From Dehalococcoidia bacterium (lineage in GTDB: Bacteria; Chloroflexota; Dehalococcoidia; Lucifugimonadales; UBA2962), in contig DAOUKM010000019.1 of the NCBI GenBank assembly GCA_034421295.1, positions 257,611 to 321,610 of the forward strand: a DNA stretch of 64,000 nt. Direction: 5' to 3'. Shown one piece after another: positions 35,891 through 45,522 of this stretch. The notes under the pieces were generated by a model, which saw only the letters and a list, made by a program, of their open reading frames with translations, was not told the DNA's origin and ran no database searches. Within the stretch, counting starts at the first letter, position 1. Each line of letters starts with the position of its first letter. A program made the translations under genes and the position numbers.

Positions 35891-37504
35891 GTGACCGTGC
35901 CCTCCAGCGTCTCCTTCCATAACTTAAGCCCCGTGTCTTTCTTGGACAGGAGCGCCATGGTCTATCCGAACAAGACGGCCGTGGTATACAGGGATCTGCA
36001 GCTTACCTACGCGGAGTTCGACGAGCGTGTGAACCGTCTCGCCGGCGCGCTCAAGGAAGCCGGAGTGCGCAAGGGTGACCGGGTTGGCTTTCTGTGTCCT
36101 AACGTGCCTGCGATGCTCGAGGGCCACTACGGACCCATGCGGATCGGGGCCGTCCTGGTGGCGATCAATTTTCGCCTATCAGCTCGCGAGATCACCTACA
36201 TCCTGAACCACTCCGGATCTAAGGTTCTGGTGTTCGATTCGGAGTTTGCTCCAAAGGTCCGCCAGATGATGGACGACCTTGAGACGGTCAACACCTTCGT
36301 CCAGGTGGTGGATGCCGTTGCCAGAGATGAGGGCATCCCCGGGCCGGAGTACGAGACCTTCCTGGCCTCGGCTCCGCCCGGAGTTCACCGGGAGGAGCTT
36401 GGCTCGGAACTGGACACGATAGCCATCAACTACACATCGGGCACTACGGGTCTGCCGAAGGGTGTTGAGTACCATGCCAGGGGCGCCTACCTGAACGGAC
36501 TCGGAGAGATCCTTGAAATAGGGATGAACTGGAGGGGCGTCTACCTTTGGACGCTGCCGATGTTCCACTGCAACGGCTGGTGTTTCACGTGGGGAGTCAC
36601 CTCGGTCGGGGGAACCCACGTCTGCTTGAGGCGCATCGATCCTGTCGAGATCTTTGGGCTGATACGCGACGAGGGCATAACCCATATGTGCGCGGCTCCC
36701 ACCGTCCTAACAAGCATGTACTCCTCTCAGGCCGCCGAAGGACAGGATCTGTCAGGCCTGACGATAATGACCGCCGGAGCTCCGCCCGCCCCTCAGGTAA
36801 TCCGCAGCATGGAGGGGATGGGTGCATTCATTCACCACGCCTATGGCCTGACTGAGACCTACGGCCCGCACACCATTTGCGCGGTGCAGCCCGGGTGGGA
36901 ATCGCTTCCGGTGGCCGAGCGCTCGCGGCTCAAGTCGCGCCAGGGAGTGCCCTACGTAGTCGCCCAGACCGGGCTACGGGTGGTCGACGAGCACATGGAG
37001 GACGTCCCCCGCGATGGCTTGACCATGGGAGAGGTGGTGATGCAGGGCAACAATGTTGCCACCGGCTACTTCGACAATCCCGAGGCTACAGCCGAGTCTT
37101 TCAGGGAGGGATGGTTCCATTCCGGCGACCTGGCCGTCTGGCACTCGGATGGTTACATCGAGCTTCAGGACCGCGCCAAGGACGTGATCATCTCGGGCGG
37201 AGAGAACATATCCAGCCAGGAGGTGGAGAAGGTCTTGATGGAGCACCCGGGCGTGCTGGAGGTCTGCGTCGTCGGGGTGCCCGACGAAAAGTGGGGCGAA
37301 GTCCCCAAGGCCTTTGTGGTGCAGCGTATCGAAGGTGGCGTTTCTGGAGTCGAGCTGATCGAGTTTTGCAGGGAACGCATCGCCCACTTCAAGGCTCCCA
37401 AGTACGTCGAGTTCGGCGACCTGCCGAAGACGGCGACCGGCAAGATACAGAAATACGTCCTGCGGGAACGTGAATGGCAGGGAATTACCAAGCGGATTAA
37501 CTGA
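35891..37504 (+). CDS. AMP-dependent acyl-CoA synthetase/ligase
   Basis: 537 aa; AMP-binding motif YTSGTTGLPKGV, GYGLTET, SGDLA.....GY..L.DR.KD.IISGGENI, C-terminal PKT.TGKI. Confidence 0.9.
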   Translation: MTVPSSVSFHNLSPVSFLDRSAMVYPNKTAVVYRDLQLTYAEFDERVNRLAGALKEAGVRKGDRVGFLCPNVPAMLEGHYGPMRIGAVLVAINFRLSAREITYILNHSGSKVLVFDSEFAPKVRQMMDDLETVNTFVQVVDAVARDEGIPGPEYETFLASAPPGVHREELGSELDTIAINYTSGTTGLPKGVEYHARGAYLNGLGEILEIGMNWRGVYLWTLPMFHCNGWCFTWGVTSVGGTHVCLRRIDPVEIFGLIRDEGITHMCAAPTVLTSMYSSQAAEGQDLSGLTIMTAGAPPAPQVIRSMEGMGAFIHHAYGLTETYGPHTICAVQPGWESLPVAERSRLKSRQGVPYVVAQTGLRVVDEHMEDVPRDGLTMGEVVMQGNNVATGYFDNPEATAESFREGWFHSGDLAVWHSDGYIELQDRAKDVIISGGENISSQEVEKVLMEHPGVLEVCVVGVPDEKWGEVPKAFVVQRIEGGVSGVELIEFCRERIAHFKAPKYVEFGDLPKTATGKIQKYVLREREWQGITKRIN

Positions 37505-37553
37505 CCGGCTTTAAGCTCCAGATGGACACCGCCGCCGGGACAGACCTGAGGCG

Positions 37554-37571
37554 CCGGCCAGCGCTGGCCGG
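37554..37571. terminator. GC-rich palindrome in convergent gap (bidirectional terminator candidate)
   Basis: CCGGCCAGC|GCTGGCCGG perfect 18-nt palindrome between the acyl-CoA synthetase stop (37504) and the zinc-ribbon gene stop (37588); no U-tract. Confidence 0.3.
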
Positions 37572-37587
37572 GCAAACAGCGGCGCTG

Positions 37588-38022
37588 CTACCTAAACAGA
37601 TCCTTGATGCGATCGGTGAAGGATCTGCCTCCTCCCCGCCGTACCGTCCTGTCCCAGCCGACCTGGGCAGTCGCGGATCGATTCAGGTCTCGCACCCGCC
37701 TCTTCATCAGGTCCATGACCTGTTTGTCTTCTCCCGGGTCTAACCAGAATCCGTGCTGGTCCGGGCACTGGTCGATCGGGAGGTTGTATGCCCTGTAGTT
37801 GAAGGTTGACATTTGCTTACCGCATTTGACGCAGGAGATGTCGCTCTCACGCTCTGCGTAAATGCGAGTACCCTTGCGGTGACCGCTGTCGAAGGCCCTA
37901 TCCTCCAGATCGTCGAGCTCGTGGTGGTCAAGCCACATGCCCTTGCAGGCCGGACACTCGTCCACCTCGATTCCCTTGTGGGTCCTGACCTGTAAAAGGG
38001 TGTTGTCTCGCGGGCAATTCAT
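37588..38022 (-). CDS. Double zinc-ribbon protein (zf-TFIIB-like / PF13453-type)
   Basis: Two CxxC...CxxC-type modules: MNCPRD...CPACKGMWLD and CVKCG...CPDQHGFWLD, then a basic tail. Confidence 0.65.
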   Translation of the reverse strand: MNCPRDNTLLQVRTHKGIEVDECPACKGMWLDHHELDDLEDRAFDSGHRKGTRIYAERESDISCVKCGKQMSTFNYRAYNLPIDQCPDQHGFWLDPGEDKQVMDLMKRRVRDLNRSATAQVGWDRTVRRGGGRSFTDRIKDLFR

Positions 38023-38102
38023 CGGGCCGACCGTAGCCTAATTTTACGTTGGCGTGGCCGCCGGCGCATAGCGGGAAAGGCTTCCAAGCCGAATCGAGCC
38101 GA

Positions 38103-39392
38103 CTAGAGGCCCCGCAGCCGAATCGCTTCCGACACGCGCGAGACGGCCAGGATGGTCGCCCCGGTACGCATGTCAGCCCCGTAGCTGTTGGCAGTATCCA
38201 GCACCTGGTCGAAAGCCCGCGTGAGTATTTGCTCCATCTTGAGGTTGACGTCTGCGAGTCCCCAAGCGTAACCCTGTATGTTCTGGACCCACTCGAGGTA
38301 GGAGACCACTACCCCGCCGGCGTTCGCCAGGATATCCGGCACGATATGCACTCCCTTGTCGCGCAATATAGCCTCGGCGCCGCCGGTCGTCGGACCATTG
38401 GCGCCCTCCACTATCATCCCGGCCGTGATGGCGCCGGCGTTGCCCTCGTCGATTTGCCGCTCCTTGGCCGCTGGAACCAGGATGTCCATCTGTACCCCGA
38501 GGAGGTCTTTGGGGTCGATCTCCTCGGCAAGCGTGTAGCCTGCGAAAGAGCCATTTTCTCGCTTGTGCCGAAGCAGGTCCGACGGGTCGATGCCGCAGGC
38601 CGAGTGCACGGCGCCGGTGCTGTCGGCCGCGGTGACCAGGCGCGCCCCCTCCAGACTCAGCAGATGGGCGGCCCAGTACCCGACCTTGCCATAGCCGATC
38701 ACCCCTACGCGCGCGCCCTCTAGGCCCATGTCCAGGAAGGCTCTGGCTCGTTTAGTCGCCACCATGACGCCCCTCCCGGTGGCTTCGGCTCTCGCCGGGG
38801 ACCCCCCAAGATCGACCGGCTTACCGGTAACCGCGGCGTACTGGGGCGCGCCTCCCGCGCTCAGCGCATCCATGAACCAGGCCATGGTCTGCTCCGTCGT
38901 GTTGACGTCGGGTGCGGGAATGTCAACCTGGGGTCCGATGATTGGTGCCAGCTCCTGTGCGAACCGCCTGGTGAGCCTTTCGATCTCTGTCTCGGACATC
39001 GTCCCTGGGTCGCATGCCACACCGCCCTTGCTGCCGCCGAAGGGTATTCCGGTGATTGCACCTTTCCAGGTCATCCACATCGCCAGTGCTCGGATCTCGT
39101 CAAGGGAGACGTCGGGGTGATAACGCATCCCGCCCTTTCCCGGTCCGCGGTGCAAGCTGTGCTGAACCCTGTGACCGGTGAACACCCTGACGCCGCCGTC
39201 ATCCATTCTCACGGGCACCGCCACGGTCAACTCGCGCTTGGGACTGCGCAGCTGCGCATGAATGTCGTCCTCCAGTCCGAGGCGGTCAGCAGCATCGTCG
39301 AGCTGGTCCAGGGCACGCCTGTAGACCGGCTCGTGAACCTGTTGCGCCCGTTGCCTGGACCCGGTCATTGCTTGCGTGTCCTTCTCTGCCAC
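38103..39392 (-). CDS. gdhA: Glutamate dehydrogenase (Glu/Leu/Phe/Val dehydrogenase family)
   Basis: 429 aa; catalytic-Lys block PFGGSKGGV, NAD(P) fold GYGKVG, ANGP. Confidence 0.9.
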   Translation of the reverse strand: MAEKDTQAMTGSRQRAQQVHEPVYRRALDQLDDAADRLGLEDDIHAQLRSPKRELTVAVPVRMDDGGVRVFTGHRVQHSLHRGPGKGGMRYHPDVSLDEIRALAMWMTWKGAITGIPFGGSKGGVACDPGTMSETEIERLTRRFAQELAPIIGPQVDIPAPDVNTTEQTMAWFMDALSAGGAPQYAAVTGKPVDLGGSPARAEATGRGVMVATKRARAFLDMGLEGARVGVIGYGKVGYWAAHLLSLEGARLVTAADSTGAVHSACGIDPSDLLRHKRENGSFAGYTLAEEIDPKDLLGVQMDILVPAAKERQIDEGNAGAITAGMIVEGANGPTTGGAEAILRDKGVHIVPDILANAGGVVVSYLEWVQNIQGYAWGLADVNLKMEQILTRAFDQVLDTANSYGADMRTGATILAVSRVSEAIRLRGL

Positions 39393-39424
39393 TTATCGCT
39401 CCGACCTGTCCTCAAACCCTGGTT

Positions 39425-40270
39425 TTAGCCCAGGTGGCGGATTATCTCGTCAATGGTGGGGTCACCGCCGCCTGGCGGCCGAGATTCGGCAAACCGCTTG
39501 AGGTCGGAAAGGGCCTGGGCCCGGTTGCCTCGCCTGAAGTGCGCCAGTCCCCTATCCCTGCGCTCCTCGGGAAGGTCGGGGTGGATGGCTACCAGCATGT
39601 CGAGCACCTTGATCGCCCGTCCATAGTCCTGGAACCGAAGGTGGATGGCCTTTAGGTTGCGTAGCATGCGGGTGATAAATCCCCGGTTCGTCACCGGGAA
39701 CAGGTAGGCGTCACGCCATTCCGAGGAAGCCCCGACGGGCGCGCTGGCCATCATCCGGGAAAAGAGGTTCTTGGCCTCCTTGCGTGAGATCAGCGAGCCA
39801 TCGTGGAATGGGTCCAGATAGATGTCGGCGGCCCCGCTGTGGCCGACCAGGAAATGGCCTGGCATGCCGATCCCAATCAGGGGTACGCCTGCCCGCCTGC
39901 CCACCTCAACGTAGATCAGCGACAGGCTGATAGGGATACCGACGCGTCGATCCAGCACGTCGTTCAGGTAACTGTTGCGGGGGTCGTAGTAGTTTTCGTG
40001 GCTCCCAGTGAAGCCCAGGTCGTCGGCTAGCCAGCGTCCGATGGCGTTCATGTGATGCGCTGGGCTCTCATCGTCGTCTTTCTCTATCCGCCTGCGGGCG
40101 ACCGACGCCATGTCCTCCAGGGCCTCGAGCTCGGACTCGCCCTCGAGATCGGGGTACTCTGACTGGGCTATCAGGAGCGCAGCCACGGCCAGATCGATGT
40201 CCTCATCGGGCATGTGACTGAGTCGTTCGAACTCGGTGGTCCAGGTCGGTTCGTGGCCGACTACTTCCAT
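39425..40270 (-). CDS. SirB1-like protein (transglutaminase-like core + TPR)
   Basis: NYYDPRNSYLNDVLDRRVGIPISLSLIYVEVGRRAGVPL.GIGMPGHFLV is the SirB1/YchA family signature; C-terminal TPR-like helices. Confidence 0.7.
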   Translation of the reverse strand: MEVVGHEPTWTTEFERLSHMPDEDIDLAVAALLIAQSEYPDLEGESELEALEDMASVARRRIEKDDDESPAHHMNAIGRWLADDLGFTGSHENYYDPRNSYLNDVLDRRVGIPISLSLIYVEVGRRAGVPLIGIGMPGHFLVGHSGAADIYLDPFHDGSLISRKEAKNLFSRMMASAPVGASSEWRDAYLFPVTNRGFITRMLRNLKAIHLRFQDYGRAIKVLDMLVAIHPDLPEERRDRGLAHFRRGNRAQALSDLKRFAESRPPGGGDPTIDEIIRHLG

Positions 40271-41136
40271 GTCGGCTCCTCGTTCGTCGGGCCGATTACG
40301 CTCTGGTGCCCCTCTGATGCCAGGCAGGCAGCGAATCCCTCCCTGTAAGTGGGGAACCCGTAGTGGCCGCCAAGAAGCCCGTCCGCATACTTGCTGACCA
40401 CCATCCGGCCCTTCGGCGCCTCGCTGCGCCAGTTGCCCGGAACGGTGATCCCCAGCACTCGCTCCAGGTGCTCAAAGGTCTCTCGATTGGACGAAGGCCT
40501 GCGGTCGACGGCGTTAACGAGATTGGCCTGGATCCCGGTCTGAACCCGGCCGAATGAGAGTATGAGCCTGCACAGATCGTGGACGTGAATGCGCGTGACC
40601 ATTCGATTGCCGGTCGCAGTGCGGGAGAAATCGCCCTTGATAAAGCGTGTGGCCAAGCTTCTGCCAGGGCCGTAGATGCCTCCGCACCGCAGTATTCGTG
40701 CTCCAGAGTATGTGTCGACAATCGCCTCTTCAAGGAGTAAACGGTCCTTGGCACGGCCAGATTCGGGGTGCGGGATGGAGTCCTCATTGTGCGTGGGCAG
40801 ATCCTCGTCCCGCTGCGCCGTGAGGCCTGACGGATAGACGGCGGTTGTCGACAGGTGCAGGTAGACGGGCCGGCTCGCTCCTTCCATCAGCGCCGAGAGC
40901 GCCGACTGATATGGCAGCTGGAGTTTGCCGTCCCGCCTCAAGGCGGGCACGGTGTCCAGGATGAGTGACGTCGGGATGTCGCAGGCGGAGGACAGGCCGG
41001 TAGCCGTGACGGCGCTAAACCCCTCAGATCTCAGAGGCTCCGGGTTGCGTGTCAGGAACGTAACCGCCGCCTCTCCAGCGAAGTTGCTGGCCAGGTACCT
41101 GCCGGTAAAGCTGCCTCCAAGGCAAAGGATCTTCAT
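40261..41136 (-). CDS. NAD-dependent epimerase/dehydratase-family (atypical SDR) protein
   Basis: N-terminal Rossmann MKILCLGGSFTGRY; 10-nt overlap with the downstream SirB1-like gene. Confidence 0.65.
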   Translation of the reverse strand: MKILCLGGSFTGRYLASNFAGEAAVTFLTRNPEPLRSEGFSAVTATGLSSACDIPTSLILDTVPALRRDGKLQLPYQSALSALMEGASRPVYLHLSTTAVYPSGLTAQRDEDLPTHNEDSIPHPESGRAKDRLLLEEAIVDTYSGARILRCGGIYGPGRSLATRFIKGDFSRTATGNRMVTRIHVHDLCRLILSFGRVQTGIQANLVNAVDRRPSSNRETFEHLERVLGITVPGNWRSEAPKGRMVVSKYADGLLGGHYGFPTYREGFAACLASEGHQSVIGPTNEEPTWK

Positions 41137-41170
41137 CTGCTGTTCAGGGCCTCCGTTAGCCGCTCCTTCG

Positions 41171-41199
41171 TTGACACGCTATTTCGGTGACGGTACGCT
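41171..41199 (+). promoter_or_regulatory. Sigma-70-type promoter candidate TTGACA-17-TACGCT upstream of kbl
   Basis: TTGACA 41171-41176, TACGCT 41194-41199; GAGGAGG precedes ATG 41260. Confidence 0.4.
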
Positions 41200-41259
41200 C
41201 CCGGCGCAAGTCGGCTGCATGCCAGACCGGCACTTTCCCGACCCTGCGAGGAGGAGTCG

Positions 41260-42450
41260 ATGACCGCGTACGCGCGCTTTCAAGTCCAGCTTGAGGCTGA
41301 GTTGGGGGACATCCGCAAATCCGGACTCTACAAGGACGAGAAGGTCATCACCTCCGCTCAACGGGCCGAGGTGCGAACCGACGGCGGGAGCATGGTTAAC
41401 TTCTGCGCCAACAACTACCTGGGGCTCGCCGACTCCGAAGAGGTGCAAAGGGCGGCCATCGGGGCTATGCAAACGCACGGGTTCGGCATGGCTTCGGTAC
41501 GCTTCATCTGCGGCACTCAGGATATCCACCTCGAGCTAGAGCGTGAGGTAACCCGGTTCATGGGCACCGAGGACACAATTCTCTACGCTTCCTGCTTCGA
41601 TGCCAACGCGGGCCTGTTCGAGACGCTTCTCGGACCGCAGGACGCGATCATCTCCGATGCACTCAACCACGCATCCATCATCGATGGGGTGCGACTGTGC
41701 AAGGCTGCCCGGAAGGTCTACAAGCACGCGGACATGGCCGACCTGGAAGAAAAGCTAAGGGAGACCGCCGATGCAAGATTCCGCCTGATCGCCACTGACG
41801 GCGTGTTCTCGATGCAGGGCGACCTCGCTCCGCTACCGGAGATCTGCGATCTAGCCGAAAGACATGACGCAATGGTGATGGTGGACGATTCCCATGCCAC
41901 GGGCTTCATAGGCCCGAGCGGCAAGGGCACGGCGGAGGAGCTGGAGGTGCAGGACCGAGTAGATGTCACCACTTCGACTATGGGCAAGACCTTCGGAGGT
42001 GCCTCCGGCGGCTTTACGACCGGCCGAAGAGAGATCGTTGAGTTGCTGCGCCAGCGTTCCCGTCCCTACCTGTTCTCAAATTCCCTGGCTCCACCGATAG
42101 TGGCCGGGGCCCTGAAGTCCCTGCGCATATTGCAGGACTTCCCCGAGCTACGGGAGAGACTGCACCGCAACACCCGTTATTTCAGATCCGAGATCGTCAG
42201 ACTCGGATTCGACGTGATACCGGGGTCGCACCCCATCGTTCCGATCATGATTGGTGACGAGATCAAGAACGTGGAGCTCGTAAAGGCCGTAAACGAACGG
42301 GGCATCTTCTGCGTCGGCTTTTCCTACCCGGTTGTGCCTAGGGGCGAGGCGCGGATCAGGCTTCAGATGTCGGCGGCCCACACCAGGGACCATCTCGATA
42401 AAGCCCTTGCCGCGTTTGAAGAGGCCGGCAGGGAGCAGGGAGTAATCTGA
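41260..42450 (+). CDS. kbl: Glycine C-acetyltransferase (2-amino-3-ketobutyrate CoA ligase)
   Basis: 396 aa; NNYLGL, DALNHASIIDG, VDDSHATG, PLP-Lys block TSTMGKTFGGASGG. Confidence 0.9.
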   Translation: MTAYARFQVQLEAELGDIRKSGLYKDEKVITSAQRAEVRTDGGSMVNFCANNYLGLADSEEVQRAAIGAMQTHGFGMASVRFICGTQDIHLELEREVTRFMGTEDTILYASCFDANAGLFETLLGPQDAIISDALNHASIIDGVRLCKAARKVYKHADMADLEEKLRETADARFRLIATDGVFSMQGDLAPLPEICDLAERHDAMVMVDDSHATGFIGPSGKGTAEELEVQDRVDVTTSTMGKTFGGASGGFTTGRREIVELLRQRSRPYLFSNSLAPPIVAGALKSLRILQDFPELRERLHRNTRYFRSEIVRLGFDVIPGSHPIVPIMIGDEIKNVELVKAVNERGIFCVGFSYPVVPRGEARIRLQMSAAHTRDHLDKALAAFEEAGREQGVI

Positions 42451-42487
42451 TCTCGAGGGCCTACCGGTCTTGAGAGGAGTTGGTGGA

Positions 42488-43252
42488 TTGAACGTTGATC
42501 CCAGTGAACTTGATGGCCGTGTTGCCATCGTCACCGGCGCTGGACAGGGTATGGGACGTGCTGTTGCAGAGCGTCTGGCGGCCGCCGGAGCCTCGATGGT
42601 TGTCAATGATGTCCGCCAGGACGCGGCCACGGAGGTGGCGGCGGCACTGCGGTCCGGCGGTGCCGACGCGGTGGGGATTGGCGGAGATGTGACCGTCAGG
42701 TCCGATGTTCAGCGGTTGGTGGAGGGGGCGACAGACCGGTTCGGAGCGATAAATGTGCTCGTGAACAACGCCGGGGTGCTGCGTCCAACCAAGGTCATCG
42801 ATATACCCGAGGACGAGTGGGACTGGGTAGTGGCGGTTAACCTCAAGGGCACCTTCCTGTGTTCACAGGCAGTCTTGCCTTCGATGCGGACCGCAGGCTG
42901 GGGGCGAATAGTAAATTTCTCCTCCACCGCAGGCAAGAACATATCCACCGTCGGGGGCGCACACTACACCTCGGCGAAGGCCGGAATACTGGGGTTCACG
43001 CGCCATCTCGCGAAGGAAGAGGCGGGGTACGGCATCACCGTAAACTCCGTCTGTCCGGGCCTGATAGACACAGAGATGGTGAGAAACACAATCGACGAGG
43101 TACGTGCTGACGCCTACGCGGAATCCTTCCCCATTTCGCGTCTGGGCGAGCCGTGGGAGGTTGCCGAGCTGGTGGCTTTTCTGGCCTCCGATCGCGCCTC
43201 GTACATCACCGGAGCCTCCCTGGACATTAATGGCGGAGACCTGATGATCTAA
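42488..43252 (+). CDS. Short-chain dehydrogenase/reductase (FabG-like)
   Basis: Track ORF 42470..43252; TTG 42488 sits 8 nt after GAGAGGAG. TGAGQGMG cofactor motif, NNAG, YTSAK catalytic tetrad segment. Confidence 0.85.
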   Translation: MNVDPSELDGRVAIVTGAGQGMGRAVAERLAAAGASMVVNDVRQDAATEVAAALRSGGADAVGIGGDVTVRSDVQRLVEGATDRFGAINVLVNNAGVLRPTKVIDIPEDEWDWVVAVNLKGTFLCSQAVLPSMRTAGWGRIVNFSSTAGKNISTVGGAHYTSAKAGILGFTRHLAKEEAGYGITVNSVCPGLIDTEMVRNTIDEVRADAYAESFPISRLGEPWEVAELVAFLASDRASYITGASLDINGGDLMI

Positions 43253-43308
43253 CGGAAGGCCTGAAAATGGCCTTGATAAAGTGCCGTCTGTTCGGCGAGG
43301 AGGACTGT

Positions 43309-44430
43309 ATGAACGCCGCAGAGATTAGAGACCTTTACCCCATTACCCGGAAGCGAGCCTACATGTTCAGCGGCGGAATCGCGCCCGTGTCGACCCGTCA
43401 TGACGCTGCCATGAAGGCGCATATGGACTGGCTCTCGAACGACCCGGATGATCTGTATGCGAACGGCCTCGACGCGGATGCCTCCGACTGTCGACGAATG
43501 TTCGCAGAACTCATGGGTTGCTATGAAGACGAGGTGGCCGTCGTGAACTCGACCTCGGAGGGCTCGGCGGTCTCGATAGACGTGATCGAGCCAAGGCCCG
43601 GGGCGAACGTCGTGTTCGACGACTTCTCATATCCGTCATCGGTCTTCCCGTGGCACCTGCCCCCGCATCAGGACGTGACCAAGCGCTTTGTGCACGCGCG
43701 CGAGGGTGTGATGCACCTTGAGGACTTTGAGGCGGCGATAGATGAGGACACCCTCGCGGTGTGCATCTCTCACGTCACACCCATGGAGGGCTTTCGACAG
43801 GACATCGGCGCACTTTCCGAGATCGCTCACGCCAAGGGTGCGCTGGTCATGGTCGACGGTGCGCAGAGCGCCGGAGCGATGCACATAGACCTGCACGAGA
43901 CCGGGGTCGACTTTTACACCTCCACCGCGATGAAGTGGCTGCTCGGCGCCGCGGGCGTGGCTTTCCTGTACGTTGCCCGGCGTCACCACGATCGCCTTCC
44001 TACGCGGGCCGCCTACGCCAGCGCATACGACTTTGACATCCACAATTTCCAACTCAGGTCGGATGCCCGACGCTTCGAGCTGGGCATGCTGAACCTCATG
44101 GGGCTGGCGTTTACCAAGCCTGGCCTGCAGATACTGCTGGAGACCGACATGCATATGGTCGAGTCACACAATCTCGACCTGTCGGGTCGCTGCATCGCCG
44201 GAATGCGGGAACGTGGAATGGAGGTTACGACCTCGGACGAACCGCAATACAGGCTCGGTGTCGTAGCTGCGATCCACGAGGATGCCCAGGGGCTGTGGCG
44301 GTTCCTGCATGACCGCGGCGTCGACACGTATTTTCATGGCAACCTGTTCAGGGTCGATCCACACGTCTTTAATAATGCTGATGACGTGGACCGATTCCTG
44401 GATGGTCTGGACGCTTACAACTCCCGCTAG
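43309..44430 (+). CDS. Class-V PLP aminotransferase-fold enzyme (cysteine desulfurase / epimerase-like)
   Basis: Track ORF 43267..44430; ATG 43309 follows GAGGAGG. VDGAQSAG and the PLP-Lys block YTSTAMKWLLG. Confidence 0.75.
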   Translation: MNAAEIRDLYPITRKRAYMFSGGIAPVSTRHDAAMKAHMDWLSNDPDDLYANGLDADASDCRRMFAELMGCYEDEVAVVNSTSEGSAVSIDVIEPRPGANVVFDDFSYPSSVFPWHLPPHQDVTKRFVHAREGVMHLEDFEAAIDEDTLAVCISHVTPMEGFRQDIGALSEIAHAKGALVMVDGAQSAGAMHIDLHETGVDFYTSTAMKWLLGAAGVAFLYVARRHHDRLPTRAAYASAYDFDIHNFQLRSDARRFELGMLNLMGLAFTKPGLQILLETDMHMVESHNLDLSGRCIAGMRERGMEVTTSDEPQYRLGVVAAIHEDAQGLWRFLHDRGVDTYFHGNLFRVDPHVFNNADDVDRFLDGLDAYNSR

Positions 44431-44529
44431 GGAGCCGAAAAACCCGGACTGGTCTGCGTCTTCTGTACTGCAGGGACGGCGCGTCCCGTCTCGCCAACTG
44501 CCACCAGGCTCCCTGGAAATGCCACTGCC

Positions 44530-45450
44530 ATGTCCGAGGTAATGACCGTCACCGGCCCGGTGCGTGGCAGCGATCTGGGCTTTACGCTGATGCACGAGCA
44601 CCTGCTGCTCGACTTGCTCAAGGATTCGTGGTCGGTTAACAACCTCCTCTACGAGCCGGAATTGGCGACCCTGGAGGTGATGAGATACAGGAACGCCGGC
44701 GGCGTGACGCTTGTCGACCTCACCAACCGGGGGCTGGGGCAGCGACCCCTGGCGGTCCGTTCCATTGCCGAAGAGACGGGCCTTCAGATAGTCCTTGGTT
44801 GCGGCTGGTACCGGGAGCCCTACTATGAGCCCTTCCTGCACCGCTGGTACGTCGACCGCATGGCCGAGCAGATGGTCACCGACCTGACCGTCGGGATCGA
44901 CGACACGGGCGTTCGCGCGGGCATCATCGGCGAACTTGGCGCCCACGAGCGATGGGTGTCGCCGGTCGAGGAAAGGATGCTTCGGGCAGGCGCGCGGGCG
45001 CAGCGGAAGACGGGCGTGACCTTGACCACCCACGGCACCAAGAGCCCGGTGGCCTTGCAGCAACTCGACATCCTGGGCGAGGAGGGCGTGGACCCGGCAA
45101 GGATCGTGGTAGGCCACTCGCACAGCTGGCCGTACCCGGAGTTCCATGAGGAGATCGTGCGCAGGGGGGCGTGGTTATCCTTCGACACGATGTCTGACAG
45201 TAACGAGTACGAGCTCGGCAAGATGATTAGGCTTATCAAGGCGGTACTCGACGCGGGCCACATCGACCGTTTGCTGCTTTCGCATGACGTCTGTTACAGG
45301 ACGCACTACGTTTCCTACGGTGGCTGTGGGTACGATTTCATACCCACTCGCCTGTTGGCCCACCTGGCCAGCATCGGCGTCACCGACGACATGTTCGAGC
45401 AGATCATGGTCGACAATCCGAGGAGGGCGCTGACAGGGTCGGCGGCGTGA
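44530..45450 (+). CDS. Phosphotriesterase-homology protein (Php/PTER family), paralog 3
   Basis: LGFTLMHEHLL, GIIGELGA, LTTHGT, IVVGHSH, LLSHDVC; full ligand set. Confidence 0.85.
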   Translation: MSEVMTVTGPVRGSDLGFTLMHEHLLLDLLKDSWSVNNLLYEPELATLEVMRYRNAGGVTLVDLTNRGLGQRPLAVRSIAEETGLQIVLGCGWYREPYYEPFLHRWYVDRMAEQMVTDLTVGIDDTGVRAGIIGELGAHERWVSPVEERMLRAGARAQRKTGVTLTTHGTKSPVALQQLDILGEEGVDPARIVVGHSHSWPYPEFHEEIVRRGAWLSFDTMSDSNEYELGKMIRLIKAVLDAGHIDRLLLSHDVCYRTHYVSYGGCGYDFIPTRLLAHLASIGVTDDMFEQIMVDNPRRALTGSAA

Positions 45451-45522
45451 CTGTATGGTGCCGCCTTGCCCTGGGATCCGCACGTTTGAACGGGGTCGGC
45501 CGGCGAACTGCGAGGCAAACAG

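Noticed and set aside
38049-38723. 224-aa plus-strand ORF opposite the glutamate dehydrogenase gene
   Set aside because: It overlaps the gdh CDS, which has the catalytic GGSKGG block. It has no motifs of its own.
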